This document shows positions 30,124 through 40,156 of a DNA stretch of 64,000 bases, piece by piece. This DNA is from an uncultured Planctomycetota bacterium (GTDB lineage Bacteria > Planctomycetota > Phycisphaerae > Tepidisphaerales > Tepidisphaeraceae), in contig CAWJEN010000003.1 of NCBI GenBank assembly GCA_963841915.1, positions 1-64,000 of the forward strand. Direction: 5' to 3'. A program made the position numbers and the translations under genes. The notes under the pieces were generated by a model that was not told where the DNA came from, searched no databases, and saw nothing but the letters and a program-made list of their open reading frames with translations. The stretch's first letter is position 1. The number at the start of each line of letters is the position of its first letter.

Positions 30124-30873
30124 CTAACGCTCCAGCCGGTCGGCCAGAACATCGTCCATCGTGTACCGACCCGCCGGTCGCCCGATCAGCCACGCAGCCG
30201 CCTGCAATGCCCCGCGGGCAAAGGTCCGACGGTCAGTCGCCTCGTGCCGAAGCGACACGATTTCACCCGTGCCGGCAAAGCTGACCTCGTGCCTGCCGAC
30301 GACGTCCCCAAGGCGAAGGCTGTGGACGCCCACCGATCCTGCCGACCGAATACCGTCGCCGACGCGTCCGTGCTGCAGGTCGTCTGAGGTCTGGCCGCGG
30401 GCCTTTAAGATGCGGTCGAGCAATGTGACTGCCGTGCCGCTGGGGGCGTCGCGTTTGTGCCGGTGATGGGCCTCGACAAGCTCGACATCAAAGTCATCAT
30501 CCAGCACGCCCGCCGCGTCGGCGACAAGTCGATTGAGCAGGGCCACACCGAGCGACGTGTTGGTCGCGTGCAGCACGGCAACAGACGTCGCAGCGGCTGT
30601 CAGTGCCTGCTCGGCCTGCTCGTCGAGCCCCGTTGTGCCACTGACGATCGGCACGCCTGCCGCGACGGCCATGTCGAGTGCCCGCATCAAGCCATTGGGT
30701 GACGAGAAGTCGATGATCACCTCCGAGCCCGGCGGAAGGGCATTGCTGTCACGCTCGACCACGACCGGCGACTGCCAGCGATCTGATGCCTCGCAGGTCT
30801 CGATCAGCAGGCGTCCAACGCGTCCGCCGGCTCCGACGATGGCAGCCAGGATCGGCTTTGGCGATGCGTGCAC
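30124..30873 (-). CDS. dapB: 4-hydroxy-tetrahydrodipicolinate reductase
   Basis: GAGGRVG, IDFS, SGTTG, EAHHRHKRDAPSGTA, FARGA. Confidence 0.95.
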   Translation of the reverse strand: MHASPKPILAAIVGAGGRVGRLLIETCEASDRWQSPVVVERDSNALPPGSEVIIDFSSPNGLMRALDMAVAAGVPIVSGTTGLDEQAEQALTAAATSVAVLHATNTSLGVALLNRLVADAAGVLDDDFDVELVEAHHRHKRDAPSGTAVTLLDRILKARGQTSDDLQHGRVGDGIRSAGSVGVHSLRLGDVVGRHEVSFAGTGEIVSLRHEATDRRTFARGALQAAAWLIGRPAGRYTMDDVLADRLER

Positions 30874-30964
30874 GCGGCGAGGCTACGCTGCGGCGAGGCG
30901 GGCGTGCCTGGCGTGCCTAGTGTGCCGGCCCACTTTTCAGATTTCCTTCAACCCCGGAGACCTT

Positions 30965-31249
30965 ATGGCCCGCACAGACCAAGACCTCGCCGCTATGGCA
31001 GACGGTCGGCCAGACGACAGCGAGCAGGATCAGCCCAAGCTTCCAAAGCTCGTACACACGAGTGAGAGCGGCTTTGACTACATCGATTACAAGGAGACCG
31101 AGACGCTCCGCCGCTTCACCAGCAACAACGGCAAGATGAACGCTCGCCGCCGCAACAGCCTCAGCGCCAAGCAACAGCGCATGCTCGCGACGGCCGTCAA
31201 GCGGTCGCGGTTCATGGGCCTCTTGCCGTACGTCGAGACGACGATCTAG
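30965..31249 (+). CDS. rpsR: 30S ribosomal protein S18 (no Zn-binding cysteines)
   Basis: IDYKETETLRRF...GK..ARR......QQRMLATAVKRSRFMGLLPYV; GGAG RBS. Confidence 0.92.
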   Translation: MARTDQDLAAMADGRPDDSEQDQPKLPKLVHTSESGFDYIDYKETETLRRFTSNNGKMNARRRNSLSAKQQRMLATAVKRSRFMGLLPYVETTI

Positions 31250-31285
31250 TCGGCAGACAACGCAACAACCTCAGGCGGCGGCACC

Positions 31286-32234
31286 TCAGTGCCGCCGCTT
31301 TTCATTGCGCCGCCTCAGCAACAGCAACCCACCGGCCAGGCCCGCGACGGCCACCGACGGTTCCGGCACCGTCGCCGCCCAGGCGTCGAGGGCGGCAAAC
31401 TCCTGAGCCGTCCCCCCGAAATTGGCCCGCAGGATGGCAAAATCAAGAATCGACACGCCGCCGTCCCCGTTGAAGTCGCCCGTGGCGAAGTACGCCGGAT
31501 CAGCCGTCCCGAAGTTGGCCCGCAGCAGGGCGAAGTCGAGGATGGAGACAACGCCGTCGAAGTTCGCATCGCCAGGCAGCACATCATCAATGCTCGGCGG
31601 GGTCCAGAGGAGGATGTCAGAGTCGTCCTCTCCATCCCAAATTCCATAGACAACCTGACCGAGGTCATTGAATGCGTCAGAGTTCTTTCCCCCACCAGAT
31701 ACATTGGTATTGGCCCCAGCATTTTTAGCCACTTCGATAACTCCAAGTCGATCATCAAAAAACAGAAGGGAAGATCCAACTTTGCCGTCAGATGAACGAA
31801 CCCTGACATGGAAAAGAAGTTGCCCTCGCTCATTTAGCGAAGCACCACCATTGTCGTAGTTCCCGTAGGGCCGCCCGATATCCAGAATTGTTCCACCCGA
31901 TGGAGTTGAGTCATCCACAGTTGCAACAACCAAGAGTTGATCCCGATCTAATCTGCCGACCGATCGCCTTGTGACCCCGTCTTCTTGAAGGTCGCCTATG
32001 ACAGCCACTTGTCCTATGTCGTTCAAACGTTCCAGAGTGCGGACATAAGGCGAAGGTGCCGTTATCGTTAAGAACGATTCCATCTAATCTGTTGGCAGAG
32101 ACATCATCCCCCAGCAACCGGCTTGCTGATCCATCGTGTACGACTTGAATTCCAGGACGAGATTGTGCGTGAACTAGGGTTGCAAGGAGCAACGGTGCAG
32201 AACAACAAGCAGTTGGCAGGCGGCGTCGAAGCAT
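31286..32234 (-). pseudogene. PEP-CTERM exoprotein with dockerin/EF-hand-like duplication; frameshift near 32045
   Basis: Signal peptide and LNDNGTFA in one frame; LNDIGQVA, LNERGQ, FNDLGQ repeats, GDANFDGVVSILDF...NFG twice and VPEP-TM-RRR in another frame; the shift may be a sequencing error. Confidence 0.7.
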
Positions 32235-32537
32235 GGTCAGGATTGTAGGTGGAAGTACCAGGGAACGCCAGTGCTGCGGAGCGGCCACTCCGGCTCAACG
32301 TGCGCTACCAACGGCTGGCAGCCGGCTTCCTGTTCGAAATACTCTTGCAGACTGGAGACCTTCTTCAGGAAGACTGACAAGCCAAATCGCCGTCGCCGCG
32401 GCGGCCGCGGCGGCGCATGTCGTAATCCTTGTGAACAGGTCTCGGCAGCTACGTCACGGTACGCACCCGTACCGTAATTTCTGTCGCACCCCGCCCGTAG
32501 TGGCGACGACCCGCGGACGCTCCGGCGAGCCTGAGAA

Positions 32538-32553
32538 TGTTCCACGTGGAACA
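32538..32553. promoter_or_regulatory. parS site 1
   Basis: Perfect palindrome TGTTCCACGTGGAACA matching the parS consensus TGTTNCACGTGNAACA. Confidence 0.88.
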
Positions 32554-32612
32554 TTCCGACCCTCTGCCGGCACCCTTAACCCTCGCCACAGCCCGCGGCA
32601 GGGGGTGGCGAT

Positions 32613-32628
32613 TGTTCCACGTGGAACA
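32613..32628. promoter_or_regulatory. parS site 2
   Basis: TGTTCCACGTGGAACA, 75 bp from site 1. Confidence 0.88.
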
Positions 32629-32737
32629 TTCGGGTTGAAGCGAGTGCTGAGAATCCATTTGGCCGCCGCTGCGCACCTTTGCCGACGTGCGGTGGGATGT
32701 CGTGCAGCAAGTCGCGTGGTCCCTACCGTGCCGGCGC

Positions 32738-35600
32738 ATGCCTGCATTGACCGCCGAATCCTCCTCTCCCGCCGATCGGCCGCTCGTCAAGCACGGGTTC
32801 CTCTCGATCGAGAAGCAGCTCGCCTACCTCAGCGGGTGCCTGCGGGATGTGCTGGTGGATCTGGGCGAGCACGAGGCGGCCAAGCACGTTGATGACGCCA
32901 CCAATGTCCCACCCGCGGCATCCGGTACCGCGTACGACCGGCTGGCCCAGGTCGATTCGGTTTGGTTCCAGCTGCTGAACATGGTCGAGGAGCTGGTCGC
33001 AGGCGACGTGCGGAAGTTGCGGGAAGCCGAGCAAGGGCCGGCGGCCGAGCCGGGGCTTTGGGGGCGGACGCTGAGTGATCTTGCGAAGCAAGGGTCTCAC
33101 GCCCGACCCAGGTGGCCGAGGCACTACAGCATGTTCGCATCGAGCCGGTGCTGACGGCCCACCCGACGGAGGCCAAGCCGTCGACCGTCATTGAGCAGCA
33201 CCGGGCGTTGTTTCTGCTGCTGGGTGAGCTGCACGCGCTGCAGACCGACGTGGACCGCGAAGACCACCGCGAACGCACCAAGGCGGCGTTGGAACGGCTG
33301 TGGCGGACGGGTGAAATCCTGCTGCAGAAGCCTGACCTTGCCGCCGAGCGTGCGAACCTGCTGTTCTATCTGCGGGAAGTCTTTCCAGATGCCGTCGCCG
33401 ACGTGGACCGTCGGTTGCGTCGTGCGTGGCAGGCGGCGGGGTATCCGACGCTCGACGACGACCCGTCCAAGCTCCCGGAAGTCAGTTTCGGCTTCTGGGC
33501 GGGCGGTGACCGCGACGGCCACCCGGGCGTCACCCATGCCGTGACGCGCCGCACCTTCGGTGAGTTGCGCCGAGGTGCGATTCAGTCGCACTCGAAGATG
33601 CTGCTTCGTTTGTCAGACCGCCTGAGCCTCAGCAGCTATGTCCAAACGCCGCCTGACGAACTTGTGGCACGCGTCGAAGAGTTGGCAAAGGCCCACCCGA
33701 ACGCGTATGAGGAGATCACGACGCGGCACCCGAACGAGCCTTGGCGTCACCTGGCGCTGCTCATGCGGGTCCACCTGCCGCCGCCTCCCGGAAAGCCGGG
33801 TCGCGGCGAGGGAGAGTCGGCGGCCTCTGGTGAGAATCGCAAGGTGTTCTACCCCGACGCCCCCGCCTTTGCAGACGACTTGAAGCTGCTGCGTGAGGCC
33901 TTGCGGCCGGTCGGTGCGAGCCGTTTAGCCGCCGCCGATGTATCGCCAGCGCTCCGCCGCGTCGGCGTGCTCGGGTTCCACCTCGGCAAGCTCGACGTCC
34001 GTCAGAACAGCGATTATCACGACCGCGCCTTTAGTCAACTGCTCAAGGCTGCCGGGTTCGACGACGCCGACTCCTGGGCGGAATGGCCCGAGGAACGCCG
34101 GCTTGAGCTACTCAATCGCGAGCTCGTCGGCCCGCGCCCATTCACCCGCTTCGGCCGCAAGATCGGCACCGAGTGCGACGAGTTGCTCGCGACCTATCGC
34201 GTGCTCAGCGACCAGGCTGACAAGTACGGCTGGGACGGCCTGGGCCCGCTCATCGTCAGCATGACGCACCGGCTCAGCGACCTGCTGGTCGTCTACGTCT
34301 TCGCCCGCGAGGCAGGGTTGGCACGCTTCCAGGTCGATGCCGAGAAGGGGGGCGGGCGTCTTGTCTGCCCGCTACCGGTCGTGCCGTTGTTCGAGACGAA
34401 CGACGACCTGGAGATCGCACCGGGCCTCATGGCCGACTTCCTACGGCACCCGGTGACGCAGGCCAGCATCCGCAGCCGACCGGGTCGGCCGCCGTCGCTG
34501 CTAGTCAGTCGAGGCGAGACGTTGCCCGTCCAGCAGGTCATGCTGGGTTACAGCGACTCCAACAAGTCCAGCGGCATTCTGGCAGCCCAGTACGCACTGC
34601 ACGTCTGCCAGGAGCAGCTCAGCGACGTGGCCGACGAAATCGGCGTGCGGCTCCGCTTCTTCCACGGTCGCGGCGGCACCATCAGCCGCGGTGCCGGCCC
34701 GACGCACCGCTTCCTCGAAAGCCTTCCGCAACGGTCGCTCGGTGGTGATGTTCGCCTGACCGAGCAGGGCGAAACCGTCAGTCAGAAGTTCGCCAACACG
34801 GAGTCCGCCGCTTACAACCTCGAACTTCTCGTCGCCGGTGTGACGGGCGTGACGCTCGAAAATCGTGCCAGCCACGGTTCCAGCAAGCCGCCGCACCATG
34901 CGTTAAGGCCGGCGGCGGCGTTGCTCAGCGACTACAGCCGCGACGCTTACCGCGAGTTGGTCGAGGCGGACGGCTTCATCGACTTCTTCCGCCAGGCGAC
35001 CCCGATCGATGTTCTCGAGCAGTCGAACATCGGCTCCCGCCCCAGCCGGCGGACCGGTCAGCGAACGCTCGACGACCTGCGGGCCATCCCCTGGGTCTTC
35101 AGCTGGAACCAGGCCCGCTTCTACCTGCCCGGCTGGTTCGGCGTCGGCACCGCCCTCGAACGACTCGCGGGCGAAGAGCCAAAGTTATTCGAGCGGCTGT
35201 GCGACGATCAGACGGGAGTGTCGGACTATCCGTTCCTCAACTACGTGCTGACGAATGTGGAGACGAACATCGCCAGTGCGGATCGCGACCTCATGCAGCG
35301 GTACGCCCAGCTGGTGGAGGACAAGGACCTTCGCGAGCGGTTCATGCAGACGCTGCTGGGTGAGTACGACCGGACCGAGCAATCATTGAACCAGCTGTTC
35401 GGCGGCCTGCCGCTCGCCGACCGGCGGCCACGCATGGTGCGGACGCTGGATCTGCGTGAGGCCCGACTTCGTGTATTGCACGAGCGTCAGATTGACCTGC
35501 TGCAAGCAGTTCCGCACGCAGCGAAGACACGGCCGGCTTGCTGCCGCAGTTGTTGCTCAGCGTCAACGCCATCGCCAGTGGCCTCCGCACGACGGGCTGA
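32738..35600 (+). CDS. ppc: Phosphoenolpyruvate carboxylase; frameshifts near 33095-33110 and 35500-35520
   Basis: VLTAHPTE, GGDRDGHP, VPLFET, VMLGYSDSNK, FHGRGG, LRAIPWVF; canonical C-terminus LLLSVNAIASGLRTTG* in a shifted frame ending at 35600. Confidence 0.9.
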
Positions 35601-35795
35601 CGCAGCACGACAGGACAGGAAGCCGCGACGTGGCGTCAACCTGTCGCCTACGACAGATTCGCCCGTCGGCTAGCAACTGTGCGAATTTTCAAATTGATGC
35701 GGGAACGGCATTGGATATTCAGGTGACCGTCAATTTAACGCCGTTATCGCCGCACGGCTTCGAAGCAAAGGAAATTTGCCGGCGAATCGGGCGTG

Positions 35796-35811
35796 TTGGC
35801 ACAGCACTTGC
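35796..35811 (+). promoter_or_regulatory. Sigma-54 (-24/-12) promoter
   Basis: TTGGCACAGCACTTGC = TGGCAC-N5-TTGC with GG-N10-GC spacing, about 70 bp before an ATG with an AAGGAG RBS; AT-rich upstream region. Confidence 0.72.
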
Positions 35812-35883
35812 CTCCAGTGTTTGTGGGAGACGTTACGACAACAGTGACGTTGCATTACTCACTGATACAGAAGGAGATACAAG

Positions 35884-36132
35884 ATGAGCATTGGAGCCGA
35901 CGCCTTCGCCGCCACTGGCCTGCACCCGACATTCGACCCCTACGAGCCGACCGTCGAGCGGCTGACGGTCCACCAGACGCAGTGCCGATCCTGCGGCAAC
36001 GAGCCAGCCGATCCGTTGTCGCCGCCTCGTCGTTGCCCCAAGTGCGGCAGCACGTCGTGGGAGCGTTTTGCACTGCCGGGCAGCATTCTGAAGAACAGCA
36101 TTCGCTACGGCCGCCGCGTCGGATTGTCCTGA
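35884..36132 (+). CDS. Small zinc-ribbon protein
   Basis: AAGGAG RBS; CRSCG...CPKCGS. Confidence 0.75.
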   Translation: MSIGADAFAATGLHPTFDPYEPTVERLTVHQTQCRSCGNEPADPLSPPRRCPKCGSTSWERFALPGSILKNSIRYGRRVGLS

Positions 36133-36551
36133 TCCGACATCAGTCGTCGCGTCGCGATGACGTGACCGCCCGAGCAACTGATAACGCATGTCGCCGCCGT
36201 CCGCTGGACGTCGGCGACGTCGTTCAATGACATCCACCGACACTTAGGATGCACAGCAGGTTTGTGGTGTCCGCCACCGCGCCCTGTGGACGGACGACTT
36301 GCAGCGCCTGCACGTCCCGATGAAAAAGGTCCTGCCGTGGGTCACCGCGGCCGACCACAACCCGTCGACGCGCCTGCTCGACGCGGAGGATTTGCGGCAA
36401 CGCGTAGCACCGGTCGATCGGCAGATGACGCTGTTCTGAGTCTGGACACACGCCCGTCTCGAGGTGAATGAACTCGCACCAGCATCACGATGAGTTTCAG
36501 CGCAGAACCCGAAGCAATGGCTCGCAATACCGTGAACGCTGACTCTGTGCT

Positions 36552-36881
36552 TTGTTAGCTCTAGCTGTGGCCGAGCGTAGCTGCGCTTTGATGAGCTTCA
36601 CGCGTCACGAGGTCGACCGAGATCCGCCTGCCACTGTTTCGGCCGACGCCGAAGGCCCGCATCAGGTTCGGCTGGCATCGGTTCGTCGACCGTGTGACGG
36701 TCAGTACGAAACTGCTATTGAAGCCTTTGAGGCTGTTCTCGGCAGAGGGCAGAGAGTCAATGGTGACACGGGCGTGAGATATCGCCTGTCGCGTGACAGC
36801 TTCGGCGTCGACGACCTTTACCTCTACCTCGGCGTCGAAGACGACGGATCAGTCGTCGCAGCAAAAATTGTGTCACAGTAG
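36552..36881 (+). CDS. Hypothetical protein (possibly with a frameshifted 5' part starting near 36490)
   Basis: 109-aa ORF in a lower-GC accessory stretch; no family recognised. Confidence 0.35.
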   Translation: MLALAVAERSCALMSFTRHEVDRDPPATVSADAEGPHQVRLASVRRPCDGQYETAIEAFEAVLGRGQRVNGDTGVRYRLSRDSFGVDDLYLYLGVEDDGSVVAAKIVSQ

Positions 36882-36992
36882 GACGCCGTGGTGGGCGATA
36901 GCGCGTCGGCAAGCCCTCGCTAGTAGTCGGCTTTGTCATGGACGTGCAGGTGTACAGGACGATGTTGGGCCGCGACCCACCGTCGCACGCCG

Positions 36993-37064
36993 GGTGCCAC
37001 GGCTTGCTGTGCAAGCCGTGTCTGCTCGATTCGCCGCACGGCTCGCACAGCATGCCGTGGCACC
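36993..37064. repeat. REP-like doublet, family GGTGCCACGGCTTGC
   Basis: ggtgccacggcttgctgtgcaagccgtg (36993-37020) and an inverted copy (37037-37064) with 2 mismatches; the first arm is itself a perfect 10-bp-stem hairpin. Confidence 0.8.
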
Positions 37065-37453
37065 AGTGCACTTGGCATCAGGCCTTATCGTGCCCGCCGC
37101 CGTGCGCCTGAACCCACTCGCCCCCAGGTCGTCGCGTCCGGGAAGCTCGGCCTCGCCGCGGGCCGCCACGCCCGCCCCCACCCGCCCCAGCACCCCCGAC
37201 GACGGCCGAGCGCGCAAAGAAGTCAGGCGTCGCAAACGACGCTTCGTTCGCTGCAATCAACGCGTCGTTTGTCACGACGGAGAGCCTACAAGAGGTCGAA
37301 CGGCCGATGCGGCGACCGCCTTCGAACCCACCGATCCCCGAGCGGCGACGCCTGACCCCGTCGATCCCGACCGGGGTTCACGGCAGAAGCCTACCTGAGT
37401 TCACGCTCCCGCCCGACCGCGAACCTCGGCAGCCCCTGACGTTCAACCCTTCT

Positions 37454-37527
37454 GTAGGGTGGGCTTCAGCCCACCACCGGCGGCTGAGCGGCGTTCGCCT
37501 CCCGTGGTGGGCTAAAGCCGACCCTAC
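37454..37527. repeat. GTAG-class REP doublet
   Basis: gtagggtgggcttcagcccaccac (37454-37477) and an inverted copy (37504-37527) with 2 mismatches; GTAG tetranucleotide followed by a palindrome. Confidence 0.85.
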
Positions 37528-37557
37528 TTGGCTAATCCCAGGCTACGGTGTTACCAA

Positions 37558-38136
37558 GTGATCGATGTTGACACTATCTCCCAACGTGTTGTCGGGGCCT
37601 TTGCTCTAAGCGGCATCGCTTATGTCTCGGTATACATGTACGAGAGAGGGATTGCTGACTTCTACGGATATCCGTTCGATTGGATTGAACTGCAGCTTGT
37701 CAACAGCGTTGTTCCGCTTATGATTTGCGGAGTAGTAGTCTTTATCGCTCTGATGCTCCTGGGAATTGCCGACAACAATTTTCTACGTGCGATTCCCGAA
37801 GGTGCTTTGTTGCGAAGGATAAAAACCCTTCTCATTATGCTGATACTCGGCACCATTCTGTTTTTAATGGAACAAGCTGAGTCGCTAGGTGGAAGCACAT
37901 TCCTTCCTGTGTTCGCCACGTCGCTCGTGATTTTTATCCTGAGTTTCTTCATAACACCGCTACTGCTTCAGTCATCGGACGGGACAAAGCTTTCCTATGC
38001 TGAAAAGCTGCAACTCGACGAGGATCGGGACAAGGGGAAGGTTGCCGCGGGCAATGAGGACATCGTTGGCCGCCTTGTCCACCTGCTCCCAATCCCGTTG
38101 GCCTGCTTGTACTCTGCTCGCTTTTGTTGCGCTTGA
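37558..38136 (+). CDS. Low-GC multi-pass membrane protein, 3' end probably truncated or frameshifted
   Basis: Several TM segments; codon usage visibly unlike neighbouring genes; begins 30 bp after the GTAG REP doublet. Confidence 0.6.
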   Translation: MIDVDTISQRVVGAFALSGIAYVSVYMYERGIADFYGYPFDWIELQLVNSVVPLMICGVVVFIALMLLGIADNNFLRAIPEGALLRRIKTLLIMLILGTILFLMEQAESLGGSTFLPVFATSLVIFILSFFITPLLLQSSDGTKLSYAEKLQLDEDRDKGKVAAGNEDIVGRLVHLLPIPLACLYSARFCCA

Positions 38137-38304
38137 CGACGGGGGCATCGCTCCGGCGAGAAGGCACTGGAGTGAGACAGCAGCAAAGAACGACCAGGAC
38201 TGCGGAATGTTCATCCGGACTCGAGCATCAGGGTACCATTCAACATTGGATTACAGTCGAGTAGGTCGACCAGCTGATGGCAGATCACAGCCCATTCGCC
38301 GCCG

Positions 38305-38922
38305 TCACAGCAGCGTCACGAGCTGCCGCGCAAACGCCGCCTTGTCGGCGACGGGCATCTCGACCTCCGAGCCGTGTTGGCCGAAGACGACGGCCCGGAC
38401 CTCGCCGCTGTCGAGGGTGGCGATCGGGTTGAAGACGAGCCAGTCGCACCCCTTGCGGGCCAGCTTCGCCCTCGCCCGGTCGCGGGCGGCGGGCGTGTCG
38501 TCGTCGAGGCTGAAGCCGACGAGGACCTGTCCGTCCCTGCGGAGGCGGCCGGCGGCGGCGAGGATGTCCTCGGTCGGCTCGAACTCGAGCGTCAGGCCGT
38601 CACCTCTCCGCAGCTTGACGTCGCTGACGCCCCCACCCTTGGGCCGAAAGTCGGCGACGGCCGCGGCCATGACGAGGGCGTCGCTCGTCGGCCAGCGCTC
38701 CAGGACCGCGTCGTGCATCTGCCGCGTCGTCTCGACGGGCACCACCTCGACCGTCGGCGGCATCGCGACGCTCATGCTGCCGCAGACGGCGACGACGTCA
38801 TGCCCGGCCTCGACGGCGGCGTCGGCGATGGCCGCGCCCATGCGGCCGCTGCTGCGGTTGCCGAGATAGCGGACGGCGTCGACCGGCTCCCGCGTCCCGC
38901 CGGCGGTCAGGAGGAGCTTCAC
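38305..38922 (-). CDS. coaB: Phosphopantothenate-cysteine ligase (CoaB domain, stand-alone)
   Basis: LLTAGGTREPVDAVRYLGNRSSGRMG, AAAVADF, LVGFS. Confidence 0.9.
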   Translation of the reverse strand: MKLLLTAGGTREPVDAVRYLGNRSSGRMGAAIADAAVEAGHDVVAVCGSMSVAMPPTVEVVPVETTRQMHDAVLERWPTSDALVMAAAVADFRPKGGGVSDVKLRRGDGLTLEFEPTEDILAAAGRLRRDGQVLVGFSLDDDTPAARDRARAKLARKGCDWLVFNPIATLDSGEVRAVVFGQHGSEVEMPVADKAAFARQLVTLL

Positions 38923-39364
38923 GGGCGGGGAAGTTGGTGCAGGAGGAGCGTCGGCACGTCGGCAACGTCGGCCATGCCCGCGTCGTTGGTGACGAAGGCA
39001 TCGGCCGCGTGCTGTTCGGCCGTCGCTAAGTGGATCGCGTCGGGCGTCTTCAGCGACGCGGCGGCTCGCAACTCTGCCGCCCGTCGAAGGATGGGCAATG
39101 TCATCGGAAGCAGGTCCATCCCGTCCGAACCGAAGAGCGTCGTCTCGTAGAAGCGCCGCAGCCGGGCATCGCCCGCACGAAACGGTAGAACGAGGACCTC
39201 CGATACGATGATCTCGCTCGCGACCAATTGGAGTTCTCCGGCCCGTGGGCCTCGAACAGCGGGCGGACGAGGTAGAACCAAGGCGTGACGGTCTCGCCGA
39301 CGTAGATCAGGACGTTGGTGTCGATGAAGACGCGACCGCTCGTCGGCAGCTGCGTCAGTCCCAC
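38919..39364 (-). CDS. PIN-domain (VapC-like) toxin; frameshift near 39245
   Basis: VFIDTNVLIY in one frame; SEIIVSEVLV, AAELRA...LKTPDAIHLATA, FVTND in another. Confidence 0.85.
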
Positions 39365-39681
39365 GATTTTCGCTCCTTGCGGATGTACTCGTCGACTTCC
39401 TCGCCCGTCTTGAACATGGGCGGGATGCCCATGGCAAATCGCTTCTCGACCATCTCGAGGATGCTCATGCCCTTGAACGGATTCTCCTCATCTTCGGTCG
39501 CAACGTCCCGTGGCGGCAGCCGCCTTGAGGCGCGGCACGATCAGCAGCTCGACGTCCTCGCCGTCGGCGATCTCGGGGATGTCGGCCTCGACGTGGCCGT
39601 TGCGACCGGCACGGACGCGGACGCGGTAGCCCGCTCGGTCGTGACGGCGGGGGCGGCGGGCTCGGCTTCGGCGACGCTCAT
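39355..39681 (-). CDS. Probable antitoxin of the PIN module; two apparent frameshifts
   Basis: Reconstructed MSVAEAE..GYRVRVRAGRNGHVEADIPEIADGEDVELLIVP..EEVDEYIRKERKSWD*; overlaps the PIN start. Confidence 0.65.
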
Positions 39682-39685
39682 GACG

Positions 39686-40156
39686 TCACTCTACCGCATC
39701 GCCGCCCTCGGCGGGAGGCGGGGCAGCGACGACCCGCCCGCACTCGGGGCAGACGCCGCTGACGTTGCCGGTGAGGTCGTAGCCGCAGGCGGAGCAGAGA
39801 GCTGGAAGGCGATCTCGAAGATACTTGCTCATTCGGCGTACCCGCAGGACTTGATCCGCTCCGATCATCGTTGGGAGAGTCACAACAACGCTAGAGCCGA
39901 TGATGCACGGGCCCGGAATGCCAGGGTTGAGACCGCTGAATGCGAACTGCCAAGCAGCAATGAAGACGAGGCCAATGAACAGGATTTGCACCGGGATGAA
40001 AAGCATCTCTCGACAGCCTGCACGTGTTGCTTTGACGGCATCATCAAAGAGTTCAGCTTTCCGCGAGTGCGATAAGTGCCTGAGTTCCGGCACGGTGTCG
40101 AAGAGGGCGCGGTTGTACGAATCCGCCGGTTCTTCATTCGGCATGGCAGGCCTCAT
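39686..40156 (-). CDS. Two-TM membrane protein with C-terminal CxxCGYDL..CPECG zinc ribbon
   Basis: CSACGYDLTGNVSGVCPECG; ATG overlaps the coaC stop. Confidence 0.75.
   Translation of the reverse strand: MRPAMPNEEPADSYNRALFDTVPELRHLSHSRKAELFDDAVKATRAGCREMLFIPVQILFIGLVFIAAWQFAFSGLNPGIPGPCIIGSSVVVTLPTMIGADQVLRVRRMSKYLRDRLPALCSACGYDLTGNVSGVCPECGRVVAAPPPAEGGDAVE

Noticed and set aside
32240..32730. oriC near the parS pair
   Set aside because: No cluster of DnaA boxes (TTATCCACA) or AT-rich unwinding element seen
33095..33112. Programmed frameshifting in ppc
   Set aside because: No slippery heptamer, multiple shifts are needed, and neighbouring genes are also broken, which favours sequence error
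37200..37440. Structured ncRNA between the two REP doublets
   Set aside because: Only short imperfect inverted repeats; no recognisable RNA family motif
36993..37527. Integron attC cassette sites
   Set aside because: Arms lack RYYYAAC/GTTRRRY ends and no integrase is present; the REP architecture fits better
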